A stretch of 64,000 nt of DNA from contig JAIVFI010000035.1 of NCBI GenBank assembly GCA_025558095.1, forward strand, positions 434,001-498,000. Direction: 5' to 3'. The DNA is from Hyaloraphidium curvatum SAG 235-1. Taxonomy: Eukaryota; Fungi; Monoblepharomycota. The position numbers were made by a program, and so were the translations under genes. This document shows, one piece after another, positions 58,135 to 64,000 of this stretch (its first letter is position 1; each line of letters starts with the position of its first letter). The notes below the pieces were generated by a model. It saw nothing but the letters and a program-made list of their open reading frames with translations, searched no databases and was not told where the DNA came from.

Positions 58135-60275
58135 TCACTCGGTGCGCTGGCGCTTGGCGGCTGGGCGGGGCCATGTCGTCAGCACTGGGAGGTCGAATGA
58201 GCCGGGAAGCTCACCTCGCATCGCCTCGGCCTGCTTCGTCTTGTTGGCCAGGCCGGTCATCCACTTCAAGTTCGACGCCTCGTTGTTGTGGCAGTTGTTA
58301 TCGCGGTGGTCAACGTCGAGGTACTCGAAGGGGACGTCGGCGACGGAGCCGGTGCGCGGGACGAAGGCGCGAGCGACAATGCGGGGGGCAACAACGGAGA
58401 CCGAATGGACGTCACCGTCCCTGTCGACGACCTGGAAGCCGACGTTGTGCCTTTGGTTTGCGTCCAGGGCCGTCTGCTTTCCCCCAAAGCTCCTGGGGGT
58501 GCCGTCACCGAGTTCCTGAAAGGATACGAAGTCAACTCGACGGTCCATGTCCGTTGCGGTTCCGCAGAACCACCGTCATGAAGTTCCCGAGGGAAGAAAC
58601 CCAGGCTGTGGTGTTGAGGCCGACGGCAGCCCTGGCGAGCCGGCGAAACTTCCGATCATCCTCGCCCGGCTCGGCGCGGAGGCAGTCGACGAGGATGTCA
58701 AGGGTCACCAGGACGTATTCCTCCCCAGGCTCGAATGAGGCCGTTGGTGCGTAACTGATGGTTCCGAAAACCTGCTTGCCGTTGTTGAGGACATAGCATC
58801 GGTTCGAGTACGTGGTCCTCGTCTTGCTGGCGTGGTTTGGCACGGACAGCTCGTCCAGATGCTCGCGCCGATTGATAAACCTCTTGCTACCCTTGAACAG
58901 AGCTTTGGCGGCCTCCCTGCGGTTGGGGAAGCGGATGAATCCCTTGTCGGGCATGTCGGGCTGCGGTACGTCGGGGTGGAAATCGTAGGCAATGCTGTTG
59001 GCGCTGGGAGCCTTGGTACCGGGCGGGAGAAGGCCGAAGTCGTAGCGGGCCTGCGGAAGGGTCAGGACGACCCAAGGAGAGCGATCGCGGCAAACAGCAC
59101 CCTGTTCAAATTGTTGAAAGTGTCGTCCACGAGCCGAAGGTTCTCGACACGATTGTTCTGTGGATAACACAGTCAGTTGGGGCAACAACGAAGCGCGAGC
59201 CTCGACTCACGAAACCATCGCGGTCAATGTGGTCGATGGCGGCGCGCTTGCCGGAGCCGGTGTTGAGGTGCGAGTCGATGCGGTTCTTGTCGGCGTTGGG
59301 GACAAAGGTCCAAAAGACGAGGAGGTGGATGGAGGCACACGACAGGGATTTTCCGTCCGCATCCCAGAGGACAACGGACGGATAGTTGCCGGAGGCGCCG
59401 CGGTCGTCGAAGATGCTGATCGTGAAGCCCTGCGCCTTGGCCGCGTCGGTAAGCTTGACCTGCACCGAAATAGTGAGCCAGTGACCATCTCCAGCGAGCA
59501 CCTGGCCTACCTGGCCCCGATTCGAGATGCTGATCCTGCCGACCAGGTGCTTGTTGATCCTGGAGGCGAATTCCGGGTGCTGCTGGAGGGTGCGCCAGGT
59601 GTGGACTGCCGACGTCTCTCCGTGCTTCATCTTGTCGCCCCACTCCTTGAGACAGGCGGTGCAGTTGCGAAAAACCCTTTTGCCGACGATGATCGAGTCG
59701 AACGAGTTGTCGCAGACGTTGCACACGGTGCGGAAGGGTTTCAAAGTACCGGGAAAAGTGACGCCAGGAGCGATCCTGCGGTGGGCTTTGTCGAGGCGAC
59801 GGGCGACCTCGTCGGCGGAGAGTCGACGGGAAGGCTGGGGGGAGAAGTTAGCAACGGACCGCCACGCGCCTGGCGTACACACATTGCCCGTGATGGCCGC
59901 GGCGACGGCGAGCACAGTCCCAACGGCGGCAGTTCCAGCGGCGACGGCACCGACGGCGATGGGGCCGACCGAAGAAGGAGCGACGACGTCGGTCTTGCGA
60001 ACGAGCCACTTGTCCAGGGAGGCAAACGAAGGCACGACGAGGGTGGCGATGACGGCGAGGCAGACGAGGATCGACAGGAGGAGGTTGGGAGCCTAGGTGC
60101 TCGAATGGTCAGAAAAAGGCTGCAGATCGTAGAATGCGATGTAACCTACCGGGACACGAGATGACGAGGACTTGAAGAAGAAGGTCCGCCCGATCTTCCC
60201 CTTCACGCGCTTGATCTTGGGGGTCAGAGGAAAGAAAAAGCGCTTCTTGCGGCCACGTGTGCCTGAATCATGGTG
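58135..60275 (-). CDS. Intron-containing double HNH endonuclease (NUMOD4/HNH-like); 5' exons and start unresolved
   Basis: Phase-0 introns 60093-60149, 59158-59210, 59051-59100 and 58516-58573 join the ORFs in frame, giving IDHIDRDGF|NNRVENLRLV..NNLN and VDHRDNNCHNNEASNLKWMT. Confidence 0.8.
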
Positions 60276-62073
60276 GGGTCATGATCATGGTCGTCGCAAG
60301 CCATCTGGAGAAGAGTCGGTCAGCGACAGATATGAACCGGCCTGGGTGAGCGGCACCTTCGCCCGCGAGACCTGCGGCGGACGATCGGAGGTGAGATCCG
60401 GGCAAACTACGAGCTCCGCGCGCGGCACGCACTCGAATGAAACTGCTAGACCACTTCCGATGTACCCCGCGTTACCTTGTTTGTGCCGGCGCGAGGAGAT
60501 CCTGGCGGTGCGAGGTGAGCGGTTCAGCACCAGGATCGCGAGATTCGAGCACCAGCGCGTACTAGCCACTAGCAGACGATCCGAAAAGGAAGGGGAGAGG
60601 GCCTGCGGATGTCCTTTCCCGGCGCCGAGGGCGAGAGACGGTCCGAGGTGGCCCGCGCCTCGCGTTCTCGCGCGGAGGCGGACGGCACGCCCAAGGGCCT
60701 GCGCGCGTCGCAACGCGAGCGTACGCGGACTAGCTGGTGTACAGGAGCCGTGCGCACGCGCGGAGGAGGCCGTGACGGTGGAAGTGTCCTGCGGTTCTGG
60801 TCGCGCCCGTTTCCGTTTTGAAGGCGCGAGCCACGATCGACGTCGCGCGAAGCCATCGCGAACACGCGTCCAATTGCCGAATCAACAGCTCGTCCCGAGA
60901 GAACGACAGCGTTTGAACGTCCCCGAAAGACCTGTGCGTTGTACAAAAAGGTGTCGCGCTGGTTACACGAGGCCGAAGATGTAGGTGCGAGCACCCATTG
61001 TGTGACACAACGGGCACGCGCTGCAGGATGAGCTCCGCAATCCAGCCCAAGAGTAGATCTTTCGCTGGCGCGGAGTTGAGCGAGCTTCCCGTATCTCGTC
61101 CAGTGGGCCGCCGAATCCAATTTGCCCCCGGAAGCACAGGGGAACCGGACGCCCCCATCGTGGCATCTCTTTTGAGCTCCGCCTGTCTCTCGGGAATTGA
61201 ACTCGCCGATTGAGGAGAGACCGCCTCCCGCGCACGCCATCCGCCCACGGCGGGGTCAGCACCGCGACTAATCTGGCACCACTTCCACCGTGCTTCCCGC
61301 CCTCACATCGTTACTCCCTCATGTAACATCATTTCTTCTTTATAGCCGCGCCGCCCGATGGAATCGAACGCCACTTCGAAGCAGTCAAGTGTCCTCCGCG
61401 GGTAGCCAACTTCGAGCCATAGAACGGAGCCAATGTCGTCTTCCACCGCGCGGAGAGCTTCCAGGAAATCGAAGTGCATCAGCGAGGAAGGTGGAAAACA
61501 ACTTGCAGGCGGTGAAACGCCTGTTGAGCTCGTATACCGTGTTCTCAGGCCTGACGCCACTTTCAGGGTCTGCTTCTCCAGGGTCCCCCGCTTCTGCGGC
61601 GGTTGTGTAGCATCAAGGGCCATGCTACCCGAACCCGATTTGTCGCATCGCATGCGGGTCCAGTGACAGCGGCATCCCCTATGCCGGGGCACCCCGAAAG
61701 CAGAAAGGTCGGATGCCGTGAGACGCCGATGTCGCCGATGGTCCGCGCCGCGTGCCGTGCCGCCGTGCCAGGTCCCGAACAAGAGGCTCACCTGAGTAGA
61801 CATGATCCAGTATCCTTCTTTGCGCGCTATGCTGCGCTACATCCACCTACGAACCAAACGGAATTCCCAGTCGTCTCGGAGACGAGGAACTTGTTTGAGA
61901 CATCCACTCGTCCTACTTTTCAACTATTCCCTCTCGTACCGCGCTTCCTGCGGAAACTGAACAGTCCTCCGTCACTGGAACCGGCTGTACTTCCATGCCG
62001 GAGGACATACATCGGCGGGCCCATGTCACGCGTCCGACCTCGCGCCACGCGATTACCCAACCGGGCGGATCTG

Positions 62074-62694
62074 TTATGCGGGCGAGGAGACGACAGCCAC
62101 GGCCATGATCTCCACGAGGATCCCCGGCGCCGCCAGCTTGGCCTCGATGGTCGCCCTCGCGGGCGGGTTGGCCTTGTCGACCCAGCCGTCGTAGGCCTTG
62201 TTCATGGCGGCAAAGTCGGCGATGTCCTTGAGGAAGATCTGCATCTGCAGGATGTGCGACTTGTCGGAGCCGTTGGCGCCGAGGATCTGGGGTTCCGAGC
62301 GGGGCGGTCAGCGCGACGGGGGGTGGAGGGGCTGGGGGGCTAGACCTCGTCGATCTGCTTGAGGATGTCGGCGGTCTGCTCCTCGACGGTCGTGATCTTG
62401 TTCCAGTCGGAGGGCACGGTGCCCGAGACGCTGCGGTGGGGTCAGTCCCGAGGGCCGACGAGTTGCGGCGGCGCGGAACGCACTAGACGATTCCGTTGTA
62501 GACGACTGGCGCGGCATGGCGATTTTATGGAACGGATGCGAAGATTCCGGGGCGCGAAACGGGAAAAGCAAGGCGATGCGCGTGTCCGGCGCGCGTCGGA
62601 AGCGTTGAGCGACTTCCCGCGGGAGGCATCCGGGGCACCCACCGGCGGCCGACAGACGCGGGCCGGGCTTGTAGCGCACAATTCCGTCTGCCAT
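62074..62694 (-). CDS. Rid (YjgF/YER057c/UK114) family protein, YoaB-like, three introns
   Basis: Spliced MADGIVRYKPGPRLSAAVVYNGIVYVSGTVP..EQTADILKQIDE..IFLKDIADFAAMNKAYDGWV..PPARATIEA..LVEI. Confidence 0.85.
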
Positions 62695-63150
62695 TTTCGG
62701 AGGAGGAGGAGGGATGGCGGGGCGGAGGAGCGGGGAGGTTGCGCGGGAAGCAAGAAGTTGTCAAGCGGTCGAGCGGCTAAGCGCGGATCCGCCGGGAGAC
62801 CCACGCTTCTTCCCCGTCCCGTCGATGTTGTCCGCCGCCAAACCGACGACAACTTTCTGATCGATAGCAATGTTCGCGATTCCGAGCGCGGCTTCAGGTT
62901 CCGATGCGGCATGTCCAGCTGGACGTGCGAAGCACGCGTCCGGGAGGACGCATAAGGCCGCGACGGCCGCGAGGAGCAAAGTGAGAGCCAATGGAATCCT
63001 CTGCGAAGCCATTTTGTTGCAAACAAGTCAGAGTTTGGCCTCGGGGTGCTCTGCAGCTCGTCGCTCGAGGGAAGGTCGCGAGCAGACGCGCGCCGCGCTC
63101 GAATCTGAAAAACCGACACCGAATCTCCTCCGCCCCTCCGCGCCGGCGCC

Positions 63151-63912
63151 ATGCTCTCCGCGCTGCCGCGCACGCCCTCGCCGTTGCCGCCGCTGTGCGA
63201 CCCCGCGCCGGCGCGCCCGCATCCCCCCGCTGCGGATCCGCCCGCCGCGCCGCCCTCGCCGGACCCGACCTCCGCCGCGCGCACCGCCGCCAACTCGGCC
63301 GCCGCCTCCCCGCCCCCGCCCGGCCCGCCGCGCGACAGGGCGCAGATCGCGCTGCTGCGGCGGGATGCGGCCAAACGGCACCGCGTGGTGCTGCTCGCGC
63401 CGGACTGCAGGGACAAGGTGCTGGTGGCCATCGTGCGCGCGCTCATGCTCTCGGGGAACACGCCGGCGACACCAAAGGAGCTCGTGGGGATGATGCTGGC
63501 CTGGGGGCTCATCAACATGGGGTGCGTGGGCCGGAAGCTCGTCCCCCGCCCATGCTCGATGCTCACACCTTCCCTCCGACCCATCAGCGGCGAAACACCC
63601 CAGACCGTCGTCTCCTCCCGCATCTCCCAGCACTTTCGCCGCTGTGCCGAGTCGGAACCCCCCCGCAAGCCCGTCCTGGGCGCCTGGACCGGCCTCGGCG
63701 TGCGCAAGCTGAGGTACTTCGTCGACGCGCCGGGGATCCCGGTGCCCGAGGTGCCCAAGTGGCGGCTCGAGCTCACGGTCAGGCTGAGGGAGGAGGGGGA
63801 CGAGGGGAAGCCGAGGCCGAAAAAAGCGAAGGGGGAGGCGGGGGCGAAGGCGGCCAAGGCCGCGAAGCTCGATGCCGACTACAGCTTTTGGGGCATGGTC
63901 ACGGCCGGGTAG
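63151..63912 (+). CDS. Winged-helix protein (GDS1/HARE-HTH-like); probable intron ~63523-63588
   Basis: DKVLVAIVRAL..GNTPATPKEL..MG|GETPQTVVSSRISQHFRR. Confidence 0.55.
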   Translation: MLSALPRTPSPLPPLCDPAPARPHPPAADPPAAPPSPDPTSAARTAANSAAASPPPPGPPRDRAQIALLRRDAAKRHRVVLLAPDCRDKVLVAIVRALMLSGNTPATPKELVGMMLAWGLINMGCVGRKLVPRPCSMLTPSLRPISGETPQTVVSSRISQHFRRCAESEPPRKPVLGAWTGLGVRKLRYFVDAPGIPVPEVPKWRLELTVRLREEGDEGKPRPKKAKGEAGAKAAKAAKLDADYSFWGMVTAG

Positions 63913-64000
63913 TGAGCCGGGGAAGGTGCAAGAAGATGATGGACATTTAGGACTTCAATCGTGGGCTCTTGTTGGAGAGCACGGCGTCGGCGCGCCAGGT

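Noticed and set aside
60300-61950. ORFs upstream of the HNH gene as a transposase or viral genes
   Set aside because: No DDE, tyrosine recombinase, capsid or polymerase motifs, and no TIRs found by eye; some may be 5' exons of the HNH gene.

Overview
Very GC-rich eukaryotic nuclear DNA, most likely fungal and probably an early-diverging, chytrid-like lineage. This is an inference from a Zn2Cys6 transcription factor, a multi-CBM18 chitin deacetylase, an Rvs161 BAR protein, and 50-75 nt GT..CTGAC..YAG introns. From 1-9.2 kb there is a Ty3/Gypsy LTR retrotransposon (LTR, PBS, gag, -1 frameshift into protease/RT) and a CRE-like RLE non-LTR retrotransposon with a duplicated 3' end. From 9-35 kb are an FGGY kinase, a vWA protein, a GH20 hexosaminidase, a 5xCBM18 deacetylase, two paralogous atypical bHLH factors, a PPR-like gene, a bacterial-like GATase and a double-Zn2Cys6 factor. 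From 36-52 kb is a dense cluster of membrane-anchored glycan enzymes: four GT8 (plus a relic), a sulfotransferase, a SAM methyltransferase, a GT92 and a polysaccharide pyruvyltransferase (plus a relic). This is the main candidate for an undescribed system, a fungal cluster for a sulfated/pyruvylated/methylated glycan. From 52-64 kb are two more PPR-like paralogs, RVS161, an intron-split phage/giant-virus-type double HNH nuclease gene, a YoaB-like Rid gene and a winged-helix protein. All calls come from manual motif reading; no database searches were run.
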